Shown: positions 9,999-22,356, numbered from the stretch's first letter. The stretch is 64,000 nt of DNA from Zygnema circumcarinatum SAG 698-1b (GCA_037447605.1 CM074808.1:744001-808000); one strand, 5' to 3'. Numbers and translations are program-made. Notes: a model not told the origin generated them from the letters alone.

Positions 9999-11805
9999 CT
10001 ATTCATTCATCAGCTTCTCCAAAGGTGCCTCCAGAATCAGGTTGTCAGTATCACTACCATCTATAGCAGATCCATGGTGAGGAGTAGAGATCTCCACAAC
10101 TCGGATATCAGTCGAAGTTGGTGAACTTTCTTCTTCTACCTCCTCCTCCACAAAGGCCTGCAGCGCTTCCGCGTCATCGCTCTCACTTGTTACTTTTGAT
10201 CGTCTGATCACTCTGACTGCGTTTTCAGAAAAGTAAGCCTCCAATGGGTTCACATCCTCTTCTTGCCCAGCAGCTCTGTGTGAGAGCCGGCGTGTCATCA
10301 CCTTTTTGGATCCTCTCAGCCCCACCTCATCGGCCGGGTCGTTCTCCTCTGCATCACCCTCCTCCTTGTCGAAGGTGAACTTTGAGAATTTGCAGTCCGG
10401 AGTCCACAACCCAGAGGTGAAGTAGTCCGACATCCGCCCAACAATCGCGGGGCCCTTGTTAGAGCCAAGAACCGCCACATCGACAGCACCAACATCCTGC
10501 AACCCGACAATAGCCCCCCCATTAGCTTGCCATTCAAAACTCCCCCAACAAGTCTGCATAGCAATCTCGACAACAGCACAGACGAAGTCCCTCCCTCTGT
10601 ACGTGAATTTCCAATACCGATTCCTCTGCCTCGATTGATTGTTTCCTACCAGTCTTAGAGTGCAGCATATTTTCTCACCTCTGTGTTAGTTTGGGCGCGA
10701 GCTCGGGCTGCCTGCACGCGTGCCGAGCGATATGTCTGCCCCAAGATGCCATGCACGTCGTTTGAAACCTGCAGCTCCCTGAACTCCATGTCGAGGTGCA
10801 CGAAGCAGCTCTCCTCGGTCCACCACTCCTCCTCCACAGCGTCCGCCTTCAGGCGGAGGTCGAGCACGTCCGCGATCCGAATGTGCGCCTCATTCACTCT
10901 CCTCCTGCTTATGCGAAGCATCTTGTCGGGGGACTCCCACATCCCCGGCTTGGCATGAGGCCCCGCCTTGTAGCCTGGAGGCACCGTATGGAGAACAGAG
11001 ACAAGTCAGCTCTACCTCCTTAGAGTGGACCTTGTCTATTTCATGTTAGCTGTAAGCGAAGGCATGGAGAAAAACTAGCAAGTCAGTTTTCGTTCAAACC
11101 GAAACAAGCACGAATATGTGGCACGTAATTCAAGTACTCGTGAGAGAGAGAGAGAGAGTGGCAGTTCAATACCAGGGGCAGGCATGCGAAGCGCTTCTCC
11201 GTTGATTCGAATCTCGAGATGGTCCACAAAGGGGTCCCACACGGCCTCTGAATTAGCTCGAACCAAAAGGTGGATATCTTGGAACATGATAGCCAATCCC
11301 CCTATCCAGGTGATCGGCCTGCACATCAAGCCACATGAACCAGTCGGTCAATTTGAGCACCTTTACACTGTCACTCTTACTTCACTTCACCTCACGCTGA
11401 CCTCATTTCTAGAACCTTTTCTAGATTCCCCTTTCCTTTCTCTCTCTGTCAGGACGTGCGAACATAAATCATCGTTGCTGATTAAAATCCCCATTTTTCT
11501 GCTATCGCTGACACCCTTCCGAAATAAAGAAACCACATTCGATAATCTTTACATCACCCCTTGCCTGAAGGGCCGGCTACATGAGTGTAACCTCCTCATA
11601 CTCACTTTGATTCAAAGGTTCGCCCAATCATGTGTGTGTTAATGTGAAGTTTGTGGTCTGAAACCAAGCAGTAGTCCGCCTCCCTGATCCCTGGAAAGTT
11701 GAACACTATTCCATCCCCCCCCACTATCCTCGCCCCCATAGCCGCCGTGGCAAACATCGCACACAGCAGAAGCCCCACTCCTACCGCAGCCTCCCTCCTC
11801 CCCAT
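9999..11805 (-). CDS. Root-cap domain (PF06830-like) secreted protein with acidic C-terminal tail, 4 exons
   Basis: Hydrophobic N-terminal signal; GGDGIVFNFPG...YCLVSDHKLHINTHMIG, TWIGGLAIMF, CFVHLDMEF...VHGILGQTY and YFTSGLWTPDCKFSKF are typical root-cap family motifs. Confidence 0.9.
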
Positions 11806-12775
11806 TGCTACACCCTCCACCTCTTCTTCCTACACCAAAGGTCCTCCCTCCACACTCCTCCTGCCTCGCGCCACTCCCACCCCTTGTATCCGTCTCCTCC
11901 TCCCTTCCTCTGCTCCCCTCCCTTCCTTCCTCTCCCTTCCTGTCTCCTCCTTCCCTCTTCGTCCTTCCCTCTCTGTCCTCTTCCAAGCACTTTACCCGAG
12001 GCTAATAGAGGGAGGTGTGAGAGAGCGAGAGGCAGAGAGGGAGAGCGAGAGAGCGAGTGGGAGTGGGAGTGAAGCGGCGAGAAATGGCGCGACGGGCGGC
12101 GGCCTCCTCTGAGCTGGCCCTCAGGGCCGCCCTCAGGTGCCGCCAGCCCGCCTTATAGCGAACCGTCACGTCGCGTCGCGTAACGTCATGTCACGCAACG
12201 ACCGCCCCCTTCCCGCGCGCGCCGGGGGCCCCGCCCGCGCCCTCCAGCCGAGCGCGTTGACCGGAGGGGGCCTGGCGGTGACTGCCGTACATATGATTGT
12301 CGGTTGGGAGGGAATTGGCTAACGGCGAGACAGGATCGCACGTGCGACTGGTTAATGATGATACGTGGCGGACGCTGAGTGGGTTTTGTTCAGGTACGAG
12401 GCGAGGAGAGTACGGCTGCAACATGGTACATCAAGAGATTTGTCGTTTTTTGTATTTACAGGATAAATCGTACGGCGATTTCGTACAGGAGAAACAGGAA
12501 TTACGTTTCAACAAATTTTGAAGGGAGCTAACCGACAAACGAGGCTACTCAAGTGTATGGCCAATGAGTTAGTAGATCGATGACGTGGAGAGCAGATAGC
12601 CGTCGATTGTAAACAGAGGGTATTTCGGTGAGTGGTGGATGGCAGGCCATACGGACGAGCCAGGGTGGGTCAACCGTACAGTGTGCTCGGGGCGGGCGGG
12701 AGGGCGTACGGTCGGGCAGGCGCCGACAGGCGGGGACTAGCGCCTAGTCACCTAACACGCCATGCTCATGTCCAT

Positions 12776-12814
12776 GTCTGCATGTATGTATGTACAGTAT
12801 GTATGTATGTATGT
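12776..12814. repeat. Imperfect (TATG)n microsatellite
   Basis: GTATGTATGTACAGTATGTATGTATGTATG seen directly. Confidence 0.8.
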
Positions 12815-13864
12815 GTGGCCGGCCATCGCGGCGGAGGTAGGTATGGGACATCTGGTATCGGGCCAACAGTTGACATTGCATCCTAGAGCTCCTTAACAAG
12901 TACAATGCAAGTACACTTGCCAGATTTTATATAAGAATTGTGCATAACTCATTATTGGTGCTTCGAGTTTGTAATCATGCGATGTCCCCTTGTATTTCAA
13001 AGGGCCTGATTTCGAAAATGTACAGATGAATAGCACTGCTAGCACACAGAAAGTTTATTCGTACGAGTTGGAGGCCATGGGAAACAAGTCCGCATATTCG
13101 AGAATGCGAGCGACCATGCTTGCTTTTATTTGAGCAATGACCAATCGCGATGGTGCGCGTATATGCAACATTCGGGGCATTTTTGTAACAGACAAGACCC
13201 ATGCGCCACAAGTTGGAACGACGACGGCTCGTCCTACAGAATGCGCTGTTGCACGAAAGCACAGTTCATGGCTTTCCTCACATGAAGTATCTATCTTAAT
13301 CTTCTGATCGGATTGATACCAAAAGTTCGGATAGTAAATTCGAACCATGCGCGACATTTTGACTCGGCATCTACCGCTAGTTTATGTTGTGAAGCTAAAT
13401 TTTGAGCCATCAGCTCGTGCACTACAATATTCCTTCCAAGTCTCTCATACAAGATTCCTTCATGTACCATTCACCCAGCACATTTCACATTGCTGTTATC
13501 TGGTCGCGGCCATCCGTTGGTCACCCCCCCTTCAATCACCATCCTGGATCCCCCCCTGTCACCACGTCGGAAAAAAACGTGTACGTGGCGCCCTCCAATT
13601 GGCCCACCCCTTCCCTCCCACGTCTCCCTCGCGTCCCTTAGTCCCTTCTTTTTGTGACTCCCCCTCTCCCTCCCTCCCTCCCCTTTCACCGTTCCCAAGT
13701 ATCGACCCCGCGACCTCTCCTCCGCGCGGCCCCTCGGAGTCGCCCATCGCCGCTCGTCCCTTTCCTAGTACCCTTCGCACGCGCGGTCGCTGACTCGCAC
13801 GTGTGGTCTGCATCTCACACGTGCGGTCGCGCGGATCTGTCCCGTCCCTAGGCGAGGTCGCCCG

Positions 13865-13960
13865 CCGACGGTCGCCGTCGGCAGTCGCCGGTCGCCGGCC
13901 GCCACGTGGCGACGGCTGACGACGACGGCGCGCGCCGTCAGGTCGCCGTCAGGTCGACGG
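13865..13960. promoter_or_regulatory. GC-rich palindromic segment with a perfect G-box/ABRE palindrome GCCACGTGGC and CCGAC cores upstream of the BELL gene
   Basis: GCCACGTGGC at 13901-13910; inverted repeat CCGACGG-tcg-CCGTCGG at 13865-13881; repeated GTCGCCG. Confidence 0.4.
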
Positions 13961-14011
13961 CCGGCGGCCCTCATTACGCGCCGCCGATTGCATGTGCCGC
14001 CGATCTCCAGT

Positions 14012-14312
14012 GCAAGGGAGGGCGAGAGGGAAAGAGGAGGGGAGAGAGAGGGAGGGGAGAGGGAGTGGGGAAGAGGGAGGGGAAGAGGGAGGGGGAGAGC
14101 CAGTGGGGAGGGGAGGGAAGAGGAGAGTGAGGAGGAGAGGGATAGAGATAGGGAGAGAGAGGGTGGGAGGGGGAGAGGGAGTGGGAGAGGGAGGGAGAGG
14201 GAGAGGTAGAAAGAGGGAAGAAGGGGGAGAGGAAGGAGAGAGAGGGGGAGAGGGAGGGGAGGGATAGAGAGGGGGATAGGGAGGGAGAGGGAGAGGGAAG
14301 GAAGAAGGAGGA
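14012..14312 (+). repeat. Polypurine (GA-rich) tract of about 300 bp immediately 5' of the BELL start codon
   Basis: Almost exclusively G/A (GGGAGAGGGAGG...) up to about 16 bp before ATG 14328. Confidence 0.9.
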
Positions 14313-14327
14313 TGCGATAAAGAAGCC

Positions 14328-17300
14328 ATGATTGCAGCAGCCACCGGCCGGATGCAAGAGCATAAAGGTCTGCATTACACTTCGAGCCGGTCGGAATTGG
14401 CGGGCCCATGTCCTAATTTAGACCTGTCTCTCTCACTGTCCAGTATTCCTTACGATGGCGAGCCGTATCCTAGGTCCTCAGCTTCTTCAATTCCCCGGGA
14501 GCCCCCTTCCCCAGATAAAATTCCGTATGTTCCTTTCAATGTCAGTGGAAATCGGAAAGAGAAGGAACAGCATACGGCGGCGATGCTTCACACTCCTCCA
14601 GTTCCCGAGTTACCTTCCGGATGGGGAGGATGGAGAGTTCAGACCAATCCATGGCTTCCAGTAGCTAATGGCGGGAAACCCGTTTTTCAACCCGTGGAAA
14701 TGAACGATGATGACGTGGCCTTCTCTATTCCAGCTCTTCTTGGCCAGATACCGCTCCGCTCCAGCAAAAATCTGAGCAGTCTCTCTCCCACTCAGTCGGC
14801 CTGCAATCCCTGTCTTCCCATGAAAGACATCACTTTTCCTGGAAACCACGATCGCTTTATGGATAACTGTGCAGCAGGTGCAGGCACGTACAGGAAAAAC
14901 TCACATTTTAATGTTGGTGGTCCGAATCCAATCGGTGATGGGAGAGCACGAGTTCCTTCCGAGCCAACTGTATATCCCGGGCAGACCTATCCTAATCATA
15001 GGTCCGGAACTTGGAAGAAAGATAGGGAGCTTAGCATGGCATCCTCAGTGGACACAACATACCAGGACAGGAATCATGTCGGCCCTGTACATACTTTTGG
15101 TTCAGAGTGTCCGGCCATGGCTGCCGCAGGAGCGGGCACACTCTATGAAGCACAGAAGGGGCAGCATTACATGCAACGTGGAAGTGAGTCCGAGCATAGA
15201 CATTCTTCAGCCGCCGAAGCGCAAGTGCAGAAAGATCGTTTGAAAAGAGCAGTCATAAACGCTGTGGATGCGGCATGCAACGGGAAAAAGCAGCGATGTC
15301 TGTCCCACAACGGGTTGAATGCTAGTTCGACGGATTCTCCGCATGCCGCAAAAGCTCGTGGAAGAGAAGCCCAAGCATTCAATTCTCTGCGCAGAGGAGC
15401 TGTGCAGAGCCCTGAAAAGGTCGATGCACATTCATCTAAAAGGTGGGGGCGTCCAAACCAAATGCCATGCCATGCTCGCATGCCATGTGATGCGAGCTGT
15501 CTATATAAAAGGAGAAAAGTGATGCAGCAGAAACATACGATTATTGCATTATTACTTACTGGTGAATGGAACCGGGATGCAGGGGAGCACCTCCCGACGA
15601 TTCTGCTTTGGCCGCGGATGGCCTCGTCCTCTCCAGAAGCGCATCGTCGAGTGCGATTTTGGATTTGGAGCTGAAGCTGCTTCAGGTGCAGATGCTCCCT
15701 CTCGCTTCCGGCGGGCTGAGCAGCAACGCGGAGATGGAGCCCCGCACTCCCGGCGAAAAGAAAAGTGGAATTGGGGGAGCGGAGCCCCTCAGCGAGGGCG
15801 AGGCGGACGCGGGCAGTGAAAGCGTCGACATAGAGGAGGGGCCGATGGGCGAGGAGGGCCGCGGGAGTGCGGAATGGGTCGAGAGCGCGCTGGCGGACGT
15901 ACGGCGGTACTACGAGGTGTGGGTTTAGGGTTTAGGGTTTGGGGTTTGGGGTTTAGGGTTGATGAAGGAGGGGGGGGTAGTGATCGGGGGGGAGAAGTTG
16001 AGAAGGGGCCTTCTGTCGAAGGAGTTTTGATGGTTCCCAGTTTTGGAGTTTTTGGGAAGTTTGTGTGGGAGAGAGTGGACTCAAACGGGGATGTTACATG
16101 GGTTGAACTTGATCGATGTGCAGGAAAAGCTTGCGGCTTTGGAGAATAGTCAGGAAGAGGTGTGTTTAAAGTTCCACGCAGCGGTCTCAGCGGTGCCGCC
16201 GATGCCGGCTTTCGTGACGGCAAAAGTGTTCCCCTGGCCTTCCTTGTCCAAAGAGGTTCACTTCTCAACAAATCTCATGTAGAAGGCGCTGATTTCTTTC
16301 TATCAGAAAGAAAGACAGTTTCCTGCTTCGTATTCCTTTCTTGTTTACTTTCCATGCAGCACGGGCAGGCTTACTCGCTCTCTCTTGTTCTCAATGTCCA
16401 ATATGAGGTGGGGCTTGCAGGAGATTGCAGGCCGGTTGGCTTACCTTCGCCATATCTACGAAGCTCCACGACGACGACTGCTCGAAAGCTTTCGGCGAGT
16501 GCGGCTTTTGCTTCCTTCCCTTGTGAACTTGCCCGGGATTTGCAGCTTCTAGTATGTGCTTAAGCACATACTGAACGTGACTTTCAGATCACATCCAAAG
16601 TTTAATTGTATCTCTAAATACCTTACGATGCACTTCGTGTTTTTTTGGCAGGATTGCACGTCGGTGTTGCTCAGCCACAGCAGCAGTCAGAGCAGAGACG
16701 TTGCGGGCAAGCGCCGACTCAATCTGCCGAAGCATGCAGTGACCGCGATGAAGTATGAGTCTCTGCTGAAACTCAACTTCATGCTTTCAGAATTTCCTTT
16801 ATGCGTACTCGCTATGTTAAGCTTCAACTGTGAGATTGACCAGGCAGAAAAGGGAACTATGTCTTCTCTGAAAGTGCTGTTGAACGATAGTAGCAAGCCT
16901 CTCATGTGTGCTTATGTTTGCAGGGCATGGTTGTTCAACAACTTCTTGCTACCGTATCCAGGCGAGAAGGATAAGCGAGCACTTGCATCCAGGACAGGCC
17001 TCACTGTGTCGCAGGTTACCTCTCTCTCCACCTCTCTCTTCCCCGACCCCTTACCTTCTTCATACCACTTTACCTCTACGGAACAACCTCTTTTCCTCTT
17101 CTAACACTGTTTCAACACCACGTCTCGCAGGTAAACAATTGGTTTATAAACGCGCGAGTTCGCCTTTGGCGTCCTTTAGTGGAAGAGCTCTGCCTAGAAC
17201 AGCAGAGAGAAGACCGCATATTGCAGCAGCAGACACAGGGAGGAAAAGGCCCAAAGAGCATGAGGCTACCTCCCGTGAGACCCCATCTCCTACACTCGAA

Positions 17301-17529
17301 CCTCCTCACATTCCCCCACACTGACAACAACGGAAATGGCTCTTCCCTTCATAGAAACGTTCAGAAGCAGCAGCAGGAAGAGGAGGAGCCGGACACACCC
17401 TCTCCTGTTTTCGGCAACACTCCTTCCCAGGCCGCCGAGTCACCTCAGGGTTCAGCAAAGTCTGAACGTGAAGTGTCTGAATGCGGAAGCCAACCGAAGC
17501 CGCAACTTTTTCTCTGCCTTGCTGCCTGA
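14328..17529 (+). CDS. BELL-class TALE homeodomain transcription factor, multi-exon
   Basis: Homeodomain reassembled from exons 16652-16752, 16924-17014 and 17131-17529: [67 protein letters not shown] is the TALE loop; [10 protein letters not shown] is the BELL signature (KNOX has WFINQRKRHW). The start codon and middle exons are less certain. Confidence 0.92.
15921..15960 (+). repeat. Short interstitial plant-type telomeric repeat (TTTAGGG/TTTGGGG) in an intron
   Basis: GGGTTTAGGGTTTAGGGTTTGGGGTTTGGGGTTTAGGGTT begins 4 nt into the intron whose GT donor is at 15917. Confidence 0.85.
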
Positions 17530-18137
17530 AGGTGAGAGGTGGGAGATCTCAAGACTGTAAGCTGCCTTTTATTAAAGCTGGTTCAGCATTGTGTTAGTCA
17601 CTTTTCGGATTCTTTTTAAGACGAATGTAGAGACTAGTAAGCTTACTGTAAGCCGCAGCAGCCGGTGAAGAAGCAGATTTCGATGTACACTCGTTCGTTG
17701 CAGGAGAGCAAGCTGCCCACGTTAGCCTTTTTGTATGTATTAAAACGCCTGTGTGCAGGTTTACAAAAAAAGAAGAGCTTTGCTAGAGTGTGGACGGTTA
17801 AACGGGAAATGTTGGATAGTAGAGAACTGTACGAATAGTATACATTGTACAATTAGGCTGTCTGGTGACACGGTACATCCGCAGCAGCAGGTATAATGGC
17901 CGGCTGTTTTTAGCAATCTTTATTTTTATTTTCAGAAAGATGATGACAATTAATAGTCCTTCCACCATATGCCAGCAAGCCAAAAATGAAATTTACATTT
18001 TTTTTGTACAATTTAAAGTTGAAAAGACGCAAAAATGTGATTACTCACGAGTACCATCAAAACTACTCAACATTCCTCTCCAGTCAAAATCGTAATTCCC
18101 GACAAATTTCTTTGCAAACTGACCCTCACCGCTACTT

Positions 18138-21100
18138 TCAAAACAGCACTTGCCCATTATTCAAAGCGCCAAAGGTAGCTCCCTTCTCTTGCTGCACCCA
18201 TCTAAAATCAAAGTAACTTCTCCCTGGCCCTGTCAATCCCAGTGAACTATTCGGCGGAGTACTGTCACTCTCCTGCACCCCAATGTCGGATGAGATGAAA
18301 CCACTGGCAGACCCCTCCTTGGCAGTCAAGGAGCCTTCATATGATAAGAATTGGAGAACAAGAGAGGAATCCTGAACCAGCGCAAGACCATCTGCCGGAC
18401 CATTCTGCAGCCCTCCCTGAGGGAGATACTTGGCAAATATTTTGTATCCGGTCAAGGTGGTTTGGCCGGGAGCAAATGTAGACAGCGGCAGGGACCCATA
18501 TACTTTGCCGTCTTTCCCGTTGTAAAGCAATACAGAGAATTTGTTGGGGTCCACATTAGGTGCAACTACAACCTCCACGAACTGCATGTAGGAAAACCGT
18601 CAACTCTTTAGGTATGGCTTTGATCGAGAAGTCTATGACAGTGATTGAATCTGTATCTTATTGTTAATGCGGGTTAGAAGCTCCTGAGTATATCCAAAAA
18701 CGCTCAACTGCTTAAATCAGAAGGAGAGCTGTCAACGTCAAGCTTAAGTCGTTGTTGCCCTCAAATGGGGAAAATTGGGACGTGAAAAAAATGAATGGAA
18801 TTTTTTTGCATATGCGAAGGATGATAAACACACCTCTCCTTGGTCTGTCCCGTTGTTATCGTAATGCAGCTCATTGATCCACGCAGGAAGGCTTGGTCCA
18901 AGAAGTCCAACACTTTGGAGAGGAGCAGCACCTCCCCCCCAAATGACAGCAGCATACTCCGGATGGTCAACAAAGGGATTGCGATTGTGCTGAAACATGG
19001 AGCAGACGCGCTCATTTCTCAGCTGCTCTGAGGGAGATGGTGGATCGGCCACATTCCACCGAAGCAGTACTGAGAGAAGACCCATCCGTGCCTCCGCTGC
19101 ACAATCAAACCCCATATTGAGTCAGAAACCTTAACTTTATCTGTTAACCTGCTTTGGAAGCACTTGCTTTCAGAGAGAGGGAAGGGAGGGGTGGCTGATA
19201 GGACCAGCTTTGAAAGAATTTGCTTTCAAAGAGAGAAAAAGGAGGGGTGGCTTATAGGCTTTCAGAAGACTCACCAACATTGGGCTTATCAGTGAGTTCA
19301 AGATCAACATTTCCTGGGGTGGATCCATCGTATCGCACAGCCATATAGAATAGGGCACGTGCTATGTCTCCTCGAATCTGCCCTATCCACATTGTGCCCG
19401 AGTTATGAATGAAGCAATGATTAGAACCCCGCACTAAAGCAAACAGCAATACTTAAATCCATGGTATGTCCCAATAGCAGGAGAACAGTAAAGGAGAGCA
19501 AAACGGAAGGCAAGAAGTACTGTGGGCTCCATTAGAGGTCCTGAGAGGGCTCTTGATCTTCAAACGCACTGTCCAAATGGTTCAATGTCTGGATCAATTT
19601 GTATTGATAAATAGGCAGAATAATGCCTTCGTTCCTTTACCGACGAACGTAACAACATGTTGCACAGATCATCTCATTATGTGAAGGTAAGAAATCATAA
19701 CCCTTACCTCACCAGGTGGCATCCATATCTGGCGATCTGCTGCTGTATCTGATGCTGCCTCCCTATTGGCCGGCATTAGACAGCTGGCATCCGCTTGTGG
19801 ACTACACTCCCCAAAGACTTTATTTCCACGCGAAGAATTCACTGTAAAATGGTTCAGCTCCCGCATCACCCTCCCGTGTCTCAGACACTATTGCTGAAAC
19901 GAATCAGGAGAGCTCGGACAGATCTGAATTGCCAGGAAGCAGAGAGAGAAGTAAGCTGCCTACCGTTCACATCTGCCGGCCGCAGATTGTGGAGATCGGT
20001 GAATTGTGGCTGGCCAAGCACCAGCCCAAACGAGCGGGGCCAAAGATGCTCCCCTGCAATGGAAACAAACGAGGTGAAAAAGTGAGTACATCAGGTCAAG
20101 TATATGCCATAATTGTGTGTAGCATAAAACAGAACGCAACAACCGAATACTGCAATGTTTCGGAGGTTGACTGAGAAGCGATCTTAACTCATTCAATCCC
20201 AGAAGTTAAAAAACCCATCAGCTAGTCATGGCGGCCTCGTCAACTTCACACAGGTTTTATCTGATCTCTGTTCCCTGTATGGTGAGTGTATGATCAAAGA
20301 AAAAACAAAAATCCCGTCTGAGGCATCTAAATTTTGGAAAGACAAAGCTGTACAGCATGCTTGCACAAGTCTCTGCCTTCTAAACATCATCCATGAAACT
20401 TGAGTACCATCGCCTCATTGCGTTTCCCAAACATTAGACCCGAGAATACGTGCACTTACTATTCCATCCCTCTGGTTTTGCAGCCAAGTCCTTCGCTACC
20501 CGCTGTCGAGTGTACACTTCTATTCTGGAGCAACCATTCCCTAACAACAGCGTGAGAAGCTGACTTATTATGAACGAGGAATGCCAATTGACACAGCAGA
20601 CCTGAATTTCACTCACTGGTCGACAGCCATATGTATGGTCATGGGGTTTCTGGCCCGAGACTGTCATGACTAGGAAATTTCACAAATTTTCTAAAATATG
20701 TTGCTATGATGTGTAGCTGAAGCAAGCTCCTTCATGTGAATTGCTAATCGGATTTTCAATTTTCTGCAACTGATGCGCTTGCTTCCAAATTCTGCCACGG
20801 TGCAGACGAGCAAAGATGAACTCACACGTCTGGAGAAGATTCTGGAGATGATTCATCGGCCGCATCTAAGATTTTGAGAGCATCCCATACCTGTGAGCAA
20901 CGAGAAGAGAATAAGGATGCTGCCTGCAATATCGTTTCCAATTCTACTTTACATTATTAATGTAACGGGATTCCTTTTTCCATTCCTGGTTGTTCTTTCG
21001 TACCACGGAAAAAAGCATTCCATTTCCCAACCAGCATCCGTCTACTGCAACATTTAAGCTTCAGTCGAACTACATTTTGAAACCTACAATACGCAAGTCA

Positions 21101-22023
21101 GTGTAGGCCAGGTATGCCCAATACCTGGGCATATGTATATGTACGGTGCTCGGCAATAACATCATGAAGGCGTTCCTTCAAAGTGGGTCCAGCAAGACCA
21201 TCCAACTGTGCATAATAACTGCGAGGATCTTCACAGGGGAACTTCCCTTCTTTGTTTGCCAATGCTAGAGCCTCAGGTGGACTGATTCCCACTAGCAGCC
21301 ATGCAGCAATACTAAGCATCCCAGCTAATAGTCGCTCTTCCCAGGGTCCTGCCACCCTACCGTGCATGAAAAATGGTGAATTTAGAGAGCTCGCTCAGTC
21401 AATTGATCGCCATTCGTCGAGAAGTTAACTGTACAGACAAACCTCTGCGGAATTGTACAACGCCTGAAGATGGCAAAAGTTCCGAAAAAACACTATACAA
21501 AATATGAAACCTTACTCGCTAAGCAGACATGAATTCTTTTTCCATTCAAGAAAGCATTCAAGCCTACACATTTCATGGAACTCTTTCAAGTGAGTCCAAC
21601 ATGGCAAAGGAGCATACCAGCCATCAGAAATCTCCTCCCTGCCATTCAAAGCGCAAGTAGCCCCACCAATGCTGCCATGGCCATGGCTATGGCCCCTTCT
21701 TCCGCTTATTGCAGCCCTGTCAAGCCTCTTCAAACCATTACATGGAGCCTGCAAGCCCTGAAACTTCTTCCTTACTGTCTTATCCGCTCCATTTCCTCCC
21801 TCCAACATCCTTGCTCTAGCTCCTTTGCTCCAAGGATGCTCGAGCTGCGTAGAAACTCCTCCATGGAGTGCGGAAGGAATGAGGAGGCGAGCCATGCATG
21901 CCGCCATGGCCAAAGAAATGCGGAGGAAGAAGACGCGGTGTAGAAGCGTCGCAGAAGAGAGTATGAGCGAGAGGGGAGCGGAGAGAGAGAGTGTGAGCGT
22001 AGCGGAGAGCGAGAGGCAGCCAT
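18138..22023 (-). CDS. Endonuclease I / Bsn-type extracellular nuclease (His-Me finger) fused to a C-terminal lamin-tail-like domain, about 9 exons
   Basis: Spliced motifs YYAQLDGLAG..LKERLHDVI, VWDALKILD, WNREHLWPRSFG, TDLHNLRPADVNVNSSRGNK, RGDIARALFYMAVRY, LLRWNVADP...RN...QHNRNPFVDHPE; C-terminal WINELHYDNNGTD.GEFVEV...LQNGPADGLALV...QFLSYEG. Confidence 0.92.
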
Positions 22024-22207
22024 GGCCGCCTCCCCTCCTTAATAGTGCAGCCTATCCCTCCCTTCCTGTCTGCACTCAGGCCGTGATCCAAAGACGCTTC
22101 CATGGACCTCCCCGTTCTATGCTCACCACTTAACAGTTAAAGTTGCAGTTCTGGACCGTTCTGCCCCATAAAATTTGCCGGTTGGAAGCACACTTTCCGC
22201 CCCCCCT

Positions 22208-22211
22208 CTCC

Positions 22212-22297
<86 letters not shown>

Positions 22298-22356
22298 ATT
22301 TCTCTCCCTCTCTCCCTCTCTCCCTCTCTCCCTCTCTCCCTCTCTCCCTCTCTCCC
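22208..22356. repeat. Compound microsatellite (CT)n(CA)n followed by (TCTCTCCC)n in a bidirectional promoter
   Basis: Seen directly between the divergent ATGs at 22023 (-) and 22362 (+). Confidence 0.9.

Noticed and set aside
10498-10679. Apparent insertion of about 60-90 aa inside the root-cap domain
   Set aside because: A phase-0 GT donor (10679) and a TTGCAG acceptor (about 10498) remove it as a normal intron of about 180 nt and restore canonical spacing.
13765-14409. Long ORFs rich in L/S/P or G/R/E (also at 11639-12112, 22123-22466, 28764-29210, 43805-44324, 49137-49485)
   Set aside because: Translations of GA/CT low-complexity tracts that lack stop codons by composition.
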